Below, piece by piece: positions 1 through 7,949 of a DNA stretch of 34,098 bases. Below the pieces are notes generated by a model. The model was not told the DNA's origin. It did no database searches and worked only from the letters and a program-made list of their open reading frames with translations. The translations under genes were made by a program, and so were the position numbers. The stretch covers positions 256,720 to 290,817 of the forward strand of contig JACPUC010000007.1 in NCBI GenBank assembly GCA_016192455.1, read 5' to 3'. How positions within the stretch are numbered: the first letter of the stretch is position 1; each line of letters begins with the position of its first letter. The DNA is from Candidatus Tectimicrobiota bacterium (GTDB lineage Bacteria; JACPUC01).

Positions 1-194
1 CCGAAGAGCTGGCGCCAGAGCTCGCCGAGTCTGCCGACCAGGTGATCGCCGTAGGCAACAAGGACGGCGAAGCCGGCGGTCAGCACCAGCGCCGAGTTCA
101 ACTCGAGGCTCTTGGCAACCTTCCCCTTGCGATGGGCTTCCTCCCGTCGTTTTGGAGTAGGCGCCTCGCTCCTTGCCTGATGCTCATCTGGCAC
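1..194 (-). CDS. flhB: Flagellar export substrate-specificity protein FlhB, 5' part (truncated by window edge)
   Basis: Not in the ORF track. My translation from GTG at 194 gives MPDEHQARSEAPTPKRREEAHRKGKVAKSLELNSALVLTAGFAVLVAYGDHLVGRLGELWRQLF, open to base 1. This matches the FlhB N-terminal pattern (T/S)E-x-PT-x-KR...G.V.KS.EL and the gene follows fliR. Confidence 0.9.
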   Translation of the reverse strand, partial: MPDEHQARSEAPTPKRREEAHRKGKVAKSLELNSALVLTAGFAVLVAYGDHLVGRLGELWRQLF

Positions 195-348
195 TGCGAC
201 TCATCCCCTCGCCTGGGCGGCATGCCGCTTCCCCGCCGCGGCGAACGACGATGCGCGCTCGCGGGCCCGCGGACGCGGCTCGAGGCGTAGCGCCCGGCCG
301 CGCCGCCGCACCTCCTTCCCGTCCTCTCTCCCCGCGCCTCCCCGCCGG

Positions 349-1140
349 TTACGTCACCCTCCCCATGAGGTGGAGGAGCAGGGAGAACTGTTCTCCGAGG
401 TTCTCGTAGAGGCGCTGGATGAGGCCCATGATCATCGGCAGCGAGGCCCCGAGTACGAGGAGCCCGACAGCGATGTTGAGCGGCATGCTCATGATGAAGA
501 CGTTGATCTGCGGCACGGTCTTCGCCAGCAGTCCCAAGGCCACCGTGGTGAAGAGCAGCGTCGCCATGAGGGGGGCGGCAAGGTGCAGGCCGATGAGGAA
601 CATCGCGCCGCTCAACCGCACCAGCGTTTCCATGAGCGGCTCAGACAGGCTCAACCCGAAAGGCGGGACGAGCTGAAAGCTCCGCACCAGGGCGTAGATG
701 AACCAGTAGTGGATGTTCAGCGTCACGAAGAGGAGCATCGCCAGGACGTTCTTGGCCTGGCTGAGCACCGAGACCTCGCGCTGCGTCAGCGGATCGATGA
801 CGTTCGCAATGGCCAGGCCCATCTGGAAGCCGGCGAGCTCGCCACCGAGCTGCACGGCCGCGAACAGCAGGCGCACGGTGAACCCCAGGATCGCGCCGAT
901 CAGCAGCTCGGCGACCAGCGCGGGGACGAGCGCGAACGCCGATTGTTGCAGCGGCCACGCCGGAACCTCGATGATGGGGAGCAGCACGAGGCTGAAGATG
1001 AGGACAAACCCAAGCCTGACGTTCATCGGCATCTCGTTGCTGCCGAACACCGGCGCCAGCAAGAGAATCGCGCCAACCCGCGTAAAGACGAAGAGGAAAG
1101 TCAGGAGCTGAGCTGGTGAGAAGGTGAGCACATCCGCCAT
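349..1140 (-). CDS. fliR: Flagellar export gate protein FliR
   Basis: Hydrophobic protein with FliR motifs (APVFG, ELLIG, GELAGFQMGL..A...DP, VPQINVF...P). Start placed at ATG 1140 (MADVLTFS, 263 aa). The ORF-track extension to 1479 overlaps a sigma54 promoter. Confidence 0.95.
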   Translation of the reverse strand: MADVLTFSPAQLLTFLFVFTRVGAILLLAPVFGSNEMPMNVRLGFVLIFSLVLLPIIEVPAWPLQQSAFALVPALVAELLIGAILGFTVRLLFAAVQLGGELAGFQMGLAIANVIDPLTQREVSVLSQAKNVLAMLLFVTLNIHYWFIYALVRSFQLVPPFGLSLSEPLMETLVRLSGAMFLIGLHLAAPLMATLLFTTVALGLLAKTVPQINVFIMSMPLNIAVGLLVLGASLPMIMGLIQRLYENLGEQFSLLLHLMGRVT

Positions 1141-1208
1141 CGTTGTTCCGTTGCTCCCGAGCGCCATCCCAGAGCGCGCGGCACCCAACATGCCCATCCC
1201 CACGCTGG

Positions 1209-1224
1209 AGCAAGTCCTATGCCA
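1209..1224 (-). promoter_or_regulatory. sigma54 (RpoN) -24/-12 promoter for fliR-flhB
   Basis: Minus strand reads TGGCAT-AGGAC-TTGCT (consensus TGGCAC-N5-TTGCW), about 70 bp upstream of the fliR start. Confidence 0.8.
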
Positions 1225-1541
1225 GGGGGAAAGCCAGCGGGCCCGCCACGAGACACCGGGGGCAACCACCGGCTGCCGGGGGGACGAGCACTTCCCGCCC
1301 CCGGCTGAGGGCGAGGACAGGGGCCGGAGCATGATTTGCCCACCCCTCGGTAATTTCCTCCCTCGCCCTTCGACCCCCTGGGGGCGATGTCGCGGCCGGC
1401 GCCCGCCCGGCGGCCCCGCGCACCGATCGCCAGGCGGCGGAGGTCCCGGCGTAACCCCGGCTCGAGGAGGCGCAGGCAAACCCCGCTGTGACGCCCCTCC
1501 AGGCGCCGGACAGAGGCGCCACGCCGCCGGGCTTGCCGGCC

Positions 1542-1811
1542 TCAGCGGATGTAGAGCGGGATGTTGGTGATGAGGTTGGCGGTGAAACTGGTGAGGAGGG
1601 CGAGCATCCAGGGGAGGAAGATCACCAGGGCGATCATCACCGCGATGATCTTGGGAATGAAGGTCAGCGTGATCTCCTGGATCTGCGTGACCGACTGGAG
1701 GATGGCAATCACCAGGCCCACAAGCAGGCCGGCGCCCAGGAGCGGCGCCGCGAGCAGGAGCGTGAGCTGCATCGTGTCGCGACCCAGGCTGACAACAAAA
1801 TCAGGCGTCAT
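1542..1811 (-). CDS. fliQ: Flagellar export gate protein FliQ
   Basis: MTPDFVVSLG...GLVIAILQSVTQIQEITLTFIPKI...PWM contains the FliQ signature. 89 aa from ATG 1811, with a GGGGAG RBS. Confidence 0.95.
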   Translation of the reverse strand: MTPDFVVSLGRDTMQLTLLLAAPLLGAGLLVGLVIAILQSVTQIQEITLTFIPKIIAVMIALVIFLPWMLALLTSFTANLITNIPLYIR

Positions 1812-1953
1812 CGGCACTCCCCACAGCAGGAACAGTCGCCGCGCCTTGCGGTGCGCCATGCGGCGCCGGCGCTTCATGTCGCCTCCCCGCCTCTGACCTC
1901 GGCCGCCGGTCTCTCCTGCGGAGAGGCCCCCGGCTGCCCCGCGCCCTGGAGCC

Positions 1954-2745
1954 CTAGCCGAAGCTTCGCACCAGCGAGCCGACGATGAGGTTCCACCCAT
2001 CCACGAGGACGAAGAGGAGGAGCTTGAACGGCAGCGAGATGAGGATCGGCGGCAGCATCATCATCCCCATGGAGAGCAAGATGCTTGCCACCACCATATC
2101 CAAGACGAGGAAAGGGATGTAGAGCAGGAAGCCGATCTGAAAGGCCGTCTTCAGCTCACTGATCATGAAGGCGGGAATCACCACCCAGGTGGGCAGGGAG
2201 GCGGTGCTTTGCGGTCGCTCCAGACGGGCGAGGGAAACGAAGAGCCCCAGGTCCTTTTCGCGCGTCTGTTTGAGCATGAACTCGCGCAGCGGCGCGGCGG
2301 CCCGGGTGAGCGCCTCCGGCTGGCTGATCTCATGGGTGAGGTAGGGCTGCAGCGCCTTGCTGTTGATCTGCTGCCAAACCGGAAACATGATGAACAAGGA
2401 GAGGAAGAGCGCCAGACCGACGAGGACCTGATTCGGCGGCATCTGCTGGGTGCCCATCGCCTGGCGCAGGAAGGCCAGCACCACGACGATGCGGGCGAAG
2501 CTCGTCATCATGATGAGGATGGCCGGCGCCAGGGAGAGGATGGTGAGGAGAAGGAGGATTTGCAGGCTCAGCGCCACCTGCTCGGGGTTGTTTGCCTGGC
2601 CCACCCCCACCTGGAGCGAGGGGAGCGGAATCTGCTGCGCCTGCACCGGCAAGGTGCCGAGGAGCAGGAGGAGGCTGAGGCCCACGATGCGACGCCCTCT
2701 GCTCCGGCGCTCCGCACCCCTCTGCGAACAAGACTCGCACCGCAT
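1954..2745 (-). CDS. fliP: Flagellar export gate protein FliP
   Basis: Signal peptide followed by MMTSFARIVVVL..LRQAMGTQQMPPNQ, IPAFMISELKTAFQIGF and LPFKLLLFVLVDGW. Confidence 0.97.
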   Translation of the reverse strand: MRCESCSQRGAERRSRGRRIVGLSLLLLLGTLPVQAQQIPLPSLQVGVGQANNPEQVALSLQILLLLTILSLAPAILIMMTSFARIVVVLAFLRQAMGTQQMPPNQVLVGLALFLSLFIMFPVWQQINSKALQPYLTHEISQPEALTRAAAPLREFMLKQTREKDLGLFVSLARLERPQSTASLPTWVVIPAFMISELKTAFQIGFLLYIPFLVLDMVVASILLSMGMMMLPPILISLPFKLLLFVLVDGWNLIVGSLVRSFG

Positions 2746-2782
2746 GCTCGTGCATCCTCGCCAGCGGCCGCCGCTGGCCCGC

Positions 2783-4543
2783 TTAGCGTTGCCGCATGGT
2801 GGTGATCTTTTCCTGGATGGAGCTCGCCAGGCGCGTCAGCGACTCTTCTTCGCGGTCCTGCGCCTCGAACCCCACGCTCGCCTCGGCGAGGTCGCTGCCG
2901 AAATCGGCCCGCGGCCTCTCCCCCTTGGACTCATCGTGCCAGCGTTGCGCGGCCCCGTTCGGCTGCGTGAGTGATCCGCCGACCGCACCTCCGGGAGGTC
3001 CTGGCAAGCTGGCCAGCAGGGTGATCGACTGCGGCGTGACGCCAAGCACGAGGCGCTGCCCCTCAACCTCGACCACCGCCAGCGATTTCTTTGCGCCCAG
3101 GTAGTGCGTAGCGTGGACCTTGACGCTGCTCCCCTGACCGAGGAGGCCGCGCCCCTTCAGCCCGTACCGCCGCACCAGGTGCGCGCCCACCAGGAGCATG
3201 CCGAGCAGGAGCGCCAACGCCGCCGCCATCTTCACGGACGAGGTGAGGAGGTCCGGGGTTTCCAAGAGTGCCGGGCCCGGCAGGTCTTTGCGGGCGGGGG
3301 ACTGGCGCGGCGGCTCTCTCCGCTCGGTGGCGGCAGGCTCTTCGGCAGCCTCCTCGGCTGGCTTATTGGAGACCGCCGAGGACGCGGCATCGACCTGACC
3401 ATCCGGTTCGACAGGTGCGGCCGGGGGGGCGGGCGCGGCGGCTTCCGCTGCCGCTCCGCGCGGCGCCGCTGCGGCGCCTGCCTGGCGCGCAAGATCGCGG
3501 AGCTCCGGGATCGGTTGAATTCGCCCGCCGGCCACCTGCTCTTCAGCCGCGGAACCTGGCTTCTCCCTGCCACTCTGACGCGCCTTCCGCGCCGAGGGCC
3601 GCGGGGAGGCTCCTGCTCCCGCCGCGTCCCGTTTCCCCTCCGCGAGGGCGGCGCGCTGCTCCTCTGGAGCCGCCGCCGACGCGGCGCGGGAGGCTCCTCG
3701 CTTCCCTTGGTTGGCAGCTTTCGGCCCGTCGCTTGCGGCGCCGGCGGCGCGCACCTCAGGAGGCCGCAGGAGCGCCTCGATAAGCTGCTGCGGCGTGGGC
3801 CCCTGCCCGTCCGCCTCGGACCCCCCCGTCGCATCGCGCGGCTGCGGCTGCTCCTCTGTCTCCTGGGCGGCGCGCTCGTTCGCCGGCTGGGGGATCGTCT
3901 CCTCTTTCGCCGTCTCTCCTTCGGGAGGGCGCGGCGCGGCGGCCGGTCGCTCTCTTTCCGTCGTCGCCGGGGCCGGCGGGGAGCCCTTCTGGAGGCGGGG
4001 CGGCTTGATGGTTCTGGCCGTTTTCGTCTCCACGACCGGCGCCTCGGAGGAGGTCTCGGGCGCTAAGCGCCCCTGCGGCTGCGCGGGCGGCGCCGCGACC
4101 CGCGGCAGCAGGATGGCCAGCCGCTGCTCACCCTCATCGACGCGGAGCGTCTGACGCCACGTCTCGGCGGGCTGAGCCAAAACCAGCCGCAGGCGGACGT
4201 CGCGCGTGTTAAGCTGCAGCGCGGAAATCTGCCGAATCACCGAGCCCTCGCCACTCAGCATCTGGCGGGAAGGATGGATATAGGCCTGCGGAATATCGAC
4301 CTCGAGAGCGTTCGGCGTGAACCGCAGCCACTCCCGTTTGAAGCTGACGGGTCGCTTGAAGTGCAGGATGATCCCCTCTGTGCTTGCGTCGCTCTGCACC
4401 TCGATGCGCTGCAGATAGTTGAGAACCGCGAGCGGTTGCGCAGGCGCGGGCGCGCTCCACGCCAGGAGGGTGAGCAGCGTCAGGAGCTGCGCCACCCTCC
4501 GCCCGCTGTCGCTCCGGGGAATGTATTGCACCTGCCGAGCCAT
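2783..4543 (-). CDS. fliO: FliO with N-terminal signal peptide, AMIN-like domain and long low-complexity linker
   Basis: Lies between fliN and fliP. C-terminal TM plus FliO motif (HYLGAKKSLAVVEVEGQRLVLGVTPQSITLL). N-terminal beta domain with AMIN-like pattern (LEVDIPQA...IRQISALQ...VRLRLVL). 586 aa. Confidence 0.88.
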   Translation of the reverse strand: MARQVQYIPRSDSGRRVAQLLTLLTLLAWSAPAPAQPLAVLNYLQRIEVQSDASTEGIILHFKRPVSFKREWLRFTPNALEVDIPQAYIHPSRQMLSGEGSVIRQISALQLNTRDVRLRLVLAQPAETWRQTLRVDEGEQRLAILLPRVAAPPAQPQGRLAPETSSEAPVVETKTARTIKPPRLQKGSPPAPATTERERPAAAPRPPEGETAKEETIPQPANERAAQETEEQPQPRDATGGSEADGQGPTPQQLIEALLRPPEVRAAGAASDGPKAANQGKRGASRAASAAAPEEQRAALAEGKRDAAGAGASPRPSARKARQSGREKPGSAAEEQVAGGRIQPIPELRDLARQAGAAAAPRGAAAEAAAPAPPAAPVEPDGQVDAASSAVSNKPAEEAAEEPAATERREPPRQSPARKDLPGPALLETPDLLTSSVKMAAALALLLGMLLVGAHLVRRYGLKGRGLLGQGSSVKVHATHYLGAKKSLAVVEVEGQRLVLGVTPQSITLLASLPGPPGGAVGGSLTQPNGAAQRWHDESKGERPRADFGSDLAEASVGFEAQDREEESLTRLASSIQEKITTMRQR

Positions 4544-4555
4544 CGTTGCACCACC

Positions 4556-5029
4556 CTAACGCAGTTGCTCAATGCGTTCCGTCGGGCTGATGATATCCGT
4601 CAAGCGGATGCCGAACTTCTCGTTCACCACCACCACTTCGCCTCGAGCCACGAGCTTGTGGTTGATGAGGACCTCCAGCGGCTCGCCGACGAGCTTCGTC
4701 AACTCGATGACTGATCCCGGGTCAAGCTGCAGGAGGTCGTTGATCAACATGCGGGTGCGTCCCAGCTCAACGGTCACCTGCAAGGGGATGTCGAGAACGA
4801 ACTCCAGGTTCGGCGGCACTCCCGCTCCGCTCTGCCCCCGTCGTCCCGGAGATGCCGCCGGCACTGGCGCGGTGAGTGGTCGCGGCGGCGCCTCCTCCTT
4901 GGTCCTGGTGGCCTCCCGGATCATCTCCCGCTGCTTCTGCAGGTCCTCCTGGGCGTCTTCCCAGGAGAAGCTATCGGCATCATCACCCCCAGGCTGGGCG
5001 GGGGGGCTCACATCGTCGCGATTCGCCAT
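4556..5029 (-). CDS. fliN: Flagellar motor switch protein FliN
   Basis: SpoA domain NLEFVLDIPLQVTVELGRT...GEVVVVNEKFGIRLTDII. Confidence 0.96.
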   Translation of the reverse strand: MANRDDVSPPAQPGGDDADSFSWEDAQEDLQKQREMIREATRTKEEAPPRPLTAPVPAASPGRRGQSGAGVPPNLEFVLDIPLQVTVELGRTRMLINDLLQLDPGSVIELTKLVGEPLEVLINHKLVARGEVVVVNEKFGIRLTDIISPTERIEQLR

Positions 5030-5065
5030 CGATGCTCTCCTGTCGCCGACCTACGGCTGGACCTT

Positions 5066-6055
5066 CTACGCCTGTTGGCAGTGCAGCCTTGTGGCGACCT
5101 GCACCGCTTTGCTTCCCTTCAACGAGCCGGCATGGCCGAGGAATTTCCGCACGCCCTCCACGTTGACGACGAGCTTGGCGCCGGCATCCTGGGTCAGTTG
5201 AATCAGATCGCCGGCGGCCAGCGTCAGAAGCTCGCGCACCGAGATTTCCGCGCCGCCGAGTTCCACCGCGATCTCCACCTGGGTTCCCGCCACGTTCTCC
5301 GCAATGCGGCGGCGCCAGGTGTCATCCACCCCCTCTTCTTTCGTCTGGAAGCCGGTATTGAGCTTGTGGCGAATCGGCTCGAGCATGGAGTAGGGGATGC
5401 AGATGGAGATGCGTCCCGCGCGTTGCATCTGCTCGATCTCCACCTCAAAGTGGGCCACCACCACAACCTCGGCGGGGGGGGCGATGGAGGCAAACTGCGG
5501 AATCGCTTCCTCGCGCTCGACGACCGTCCGCACCGGCAACATCACCTGCCAGGTCTTCTCGACATCCAGGAGAAGTTGCTTCACCACCTTGCGCATCATG
5601 CGCAGCTCGATTCCCGTGTAGTCGCGCCCTTCGACGCGCGACTGGAACTGGCCGCGCCCGCCGAAAAACGCATCGATCATGTCGTAAACCAGGCGACTCT
5701 CCACGACGAGCATCGCCAAGCCATGCAGCGGCTCCATGCGGAAGATGTGCAGACTGGTGGGCAGGGGCAGAGACTTGACTAAGTCGCCAAGTTTCACGAA
5801 GGCGCTGGTAAGGAAGTTGACATCGACAGGCCGCTGCAGGCTGGTGGTGAGCGTGACGCGCATCCGGCGCCCCAGTTTTTCCTGGATCATGTCGAAGGAG
5901 GGCATCGGATCCCGTTTGACCTTCCCCTGCGACGTGAGGTCAAAGGGCACCACTTCACCGGCCGCCGGACCCGGATCGGTGCCGGTCTTGACCTCTCCCT
6001 CAACCACGCCCTTCAGGAGCGCATCCACCTCTGCCTGCGACAGGATCTGATTCAT
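5066..6055 (-). CDS. fliM: Flagellar motor switch protein FliM
   Basis: N-terminal CheY-binding peptide ILSQAEVDALL, a middle domain with FFGG and CIPYSMLEPI, and a C-terminal SpoA domain. Confidence 0.96.
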   Translation of the reverse strand: MNQILSQAEVDALLKGVVEGEVKTGTDPGPAAGEVVPFDLTSQGKVKRDPMPSFDMIQEKLGRRMRVTLTTSLQRPVDVNFLTSAFVKLGDLVKSLPLPTSLHIFRMEPLHGLAMLVVESRLVYDMIDAFFGGRGQFQSRVEGRDYTGIELRMMRKVVKQLLLDVEKTWQVMLPVRTVVEREEAIPQFASIAPPAEVVVVAHFEVEIEQMQRAGRISICIPYSMLEPIRHKLNTGFQTKEEGVDDTWRRRIAENVAGTQVEIAVELGGAEISVRELLTLAAGDLIQLTQDAGAKLVVNVEGVRKFLGHAGSLKGSKAVQVATRLHCQQA

Positions 6056-6119
6056 AGTTCAGTGTCGCCTCATGCCCGAAGCTGGTCTGCCATGTGCCGT
6101 GCACCGCGCCGCTGCGGGT

Positions 6120-6902
6120 TCACTCCTGCCGGGGTCGCAGTTCAAGCCTCTTCGACTCACTCCTGCCCTCGTCTGGACGTGTGAGCACTACGTCGGCGCG
6201 CTCATTGCGCTCCCGCTCGGTTGACAACAGGCTCGACACGGCAGGCCGGCTACTGCCATAACTCCAGGCGCTGAAGCGGCTCGGGTCGAGCTTGCTGGAA
6301 CGCTGGAGCAGGTGGAGCACGGTCATGGCCCGCGCCATGCCGAGCTCCCAGGCAGAGGCGTAGGCGCCGCGCGCCGCCAGCTTCTGGTCCGCGTGCCCCT
6401 CGATCAGCACCTTCACCTCAACCTCACGGATGATCCGGGCAAGCTCCATCAACTGCTGCCGGCTCTGCGGGAAGAGCTCCGCCGTGCCCTCCATGAAGCG
6501 TAAGGCGGGGTTGAAGCTCACCAGGTAGCGCCCGTCATCATCGCCGGCGAGGTTGAGGCGTTTCGAGAGGTAGCCGATGGCATCCTCCTCCTCCTCGTCA
6601 CGCGCCTTGGCGAGGAGATTTTGCAGCAGCTCCTCGGTCACGGGAGCCCCCTCAAGATTGCCACCTTTGCGGGGGGCAATATCTTCCTGGAGGCGGACCT
6701 CGCTTTTCGTCCCCTTCTCCAGCACCCCCAGGGCTTCGGGGAAGAAGCTGAACGCGACTTGAACGGACTTGTTGTCCATCGAGGACATCGAGAGAAGCAT
6801 CACGAAGAACGTCAGGAGCAACGTCAACAAGTCGGAGAACGTCACCATCCAGGCGTTCGGATCGAGACTTGCGCCTGCCGGCTCCTGGAGCTTGCGGGCC
6901 AT
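6120..6902 (-). CDS. motB: Flagellar stator B subunit (MotB/MotS/PomB-like), copy 2, with the ion-binding Asp
   Basis: TM motif WMVTFSDLLTLLLTFFVMLLSMS (Asp24). OmpA-like C-domain with degenerate motifs (EGHAD, AWELGMARA, NERADV). Confidence 0.9.
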   Translation of the reverse strand: MARKLQEPAGASLDPNAWMVTFSDLLTLLLTFFVMLLSMSSMDNKSVQVAFSFFPEALGVLEKGTKSEVRLQEDIAPRKGGNLEGAPVTEELLQNLLAKARDEEEEDAIGYLSKRLNLAGDDDGRYLVSFNPALRFMEGTAELFPQSRQQLMELARIIREVEVKVLIEGHADQKLAARGAYASAWELGMARAMTVLHLLQRSSKLDPSRFSAWSYGSSRPAVSSLLSTERERNERADVVLTRPDEGRSESKRLELRPRQE

Positions 6903-7122
6903 ACGCGCGCACTTTCTGTCGTGGTCCCCGCGGGGTGGGACCGGGAGTCTCTCCTAGAGGCGCCTCGCCTCCCGTCGTCGCATGCTGCGGGCGCCAGGTC
7001 GGTCCTAGGACTCCGCCACGGGGGTGCATCGCGCGATTTGCCGCCAGCCCCGCGCGCTCCACGGCTGCCGCCGCCAGAGGCTCCGCGCTGACCGCGGGGG
7101 AAGGAGGCCGCGCGCCACCCAT

Positions 7123-7911
7123 TCAGAACGTCGTCGAGAAGGTGAACCCCTTGAAATCGAAGAGGCGCTGCTTCACGTTCCGTTTGCGCAGCGGGCCGAC
7201 GAGCCTGATCTCGACGCGCCGATTCCGCACCCTGCCCTCTTCCACATCGTTGGTGTCAATCGGATGCTCCGCCCCGCGACCCACGGCCATGAGGCGCCGT
7301 GCCGCCACCCCCCGCCGCTCCAGGTAGCGCAGCACCTCCACGGCGCGCGCGCCCGACAGCTCCCAGCTCGTCGGGAACAGTCCCCCCTGGGGTGGAACAT
7401 TGTCGGTATGCCCCTCAACGACGATGTTGTTCGTTGTCTGCAAGGCGAGGCCCGCCACCGCGTCGAGGTACGTATAAGCCTGGGGCTTCAAGGTGGCGCC
7501 GCCCGGCAGGAAGAGGAGACTGCTGCCGAGCGAGATCGCCACGTTCTCTTCGCGGGAGATGACCTCGTCCTCGCTCGTCGCCTCATCAGCGGGGTCGCCG
7601 GACCATGCCTTCACCTTCATGCCCAAACGACGGAACGTCTCGAGACTTGCCTTCAGGCCTTCATCCTCCGGGTTCAGGATCGGGGCCTGCGGGGGCATCA
7701 GCGACTTGCCCGGCTCAAATTGCACCCCTCCCGGCAGAATGCCGAAGCTGCCCAGCAGCGAGCCGATCGCCAGGCGCTGCCGGTTATCGTCCTTCACCGA
7801 AATCGAGTTCAGGAGGATGAAGAACGCCAGCAGCAAGGTAGCCAACGCGGTCATCAGCACCACGAAGGAGCCCGCCTGCTGGGCCTCTTGCTTGGCTTTC
7901 CCGCGCGCCAT
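7123..7911 (-). CDS. motB: MotB-like stator B subunit, copy 1, lacking the conserved TM Asp
   Basis: Directly follows motA. Single N-terminal TM FVVLMTALATLLLAFFILLNSIS, a plug-like helix, and a canonical OmpA-like domain (EGHTDNVP, SWELSGARA, NRRVEI). Confidence 0.85.
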   Translation of the reverse strand: MARGKAKQEAQQAGSFVVLMTALATLLLAFFILLNSISVKDDNRQRLAIGSLLGSFGILPGGVQFEPGKSLMPPQAPILNPEDEGLKASLETFRRLGMKVKAWSGDPADEATSEDEVISREENVAISLGSSLLFLPGGATLKPQAYTYLDAVAGLALQTTNNIVVEGHTDNVPPQGGLFPTSWELSGARAVEVLRYLERRGVAARRLMAVGRGAEHPIDTNDVEEGRVRNRRVEIRLVGPLRKRNVKQRLFDFKGFTFSTTF

Positions 7912-7949
7912 TCCACTCCCCCAACCTTGGTGTGCCGCGTCTCGACGAG

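Noticed and set aside
50-70. Apparent frameshift in the flhB 5' region
   Set aside because: Re-reading the bases gives GTC CTT GTT GCC TAC in frame, and the ORF is open to the window edge.
1141-1479. 5' extensions of fliR, and similarly fliQ, flgE, fliI, the glycosyltransferase and the receiver-TPR ORFs
   Set aside because: The extensions are low-complexity and overlap promoters, RNA structures or neighbouring genes. Downstream starts give family-typical lengths, mostly with an RBS.
1471-1500. GGCAAACC...GACGC resembling a c-di-GMP-I riboswitch
   Set aside because: It is on the strand opposite to fliR and lacks the GAAA-capped P2 stem and the GCAAA continuation. The flgE leader likewise does not match the c-di-GMP-I pattern by eye.
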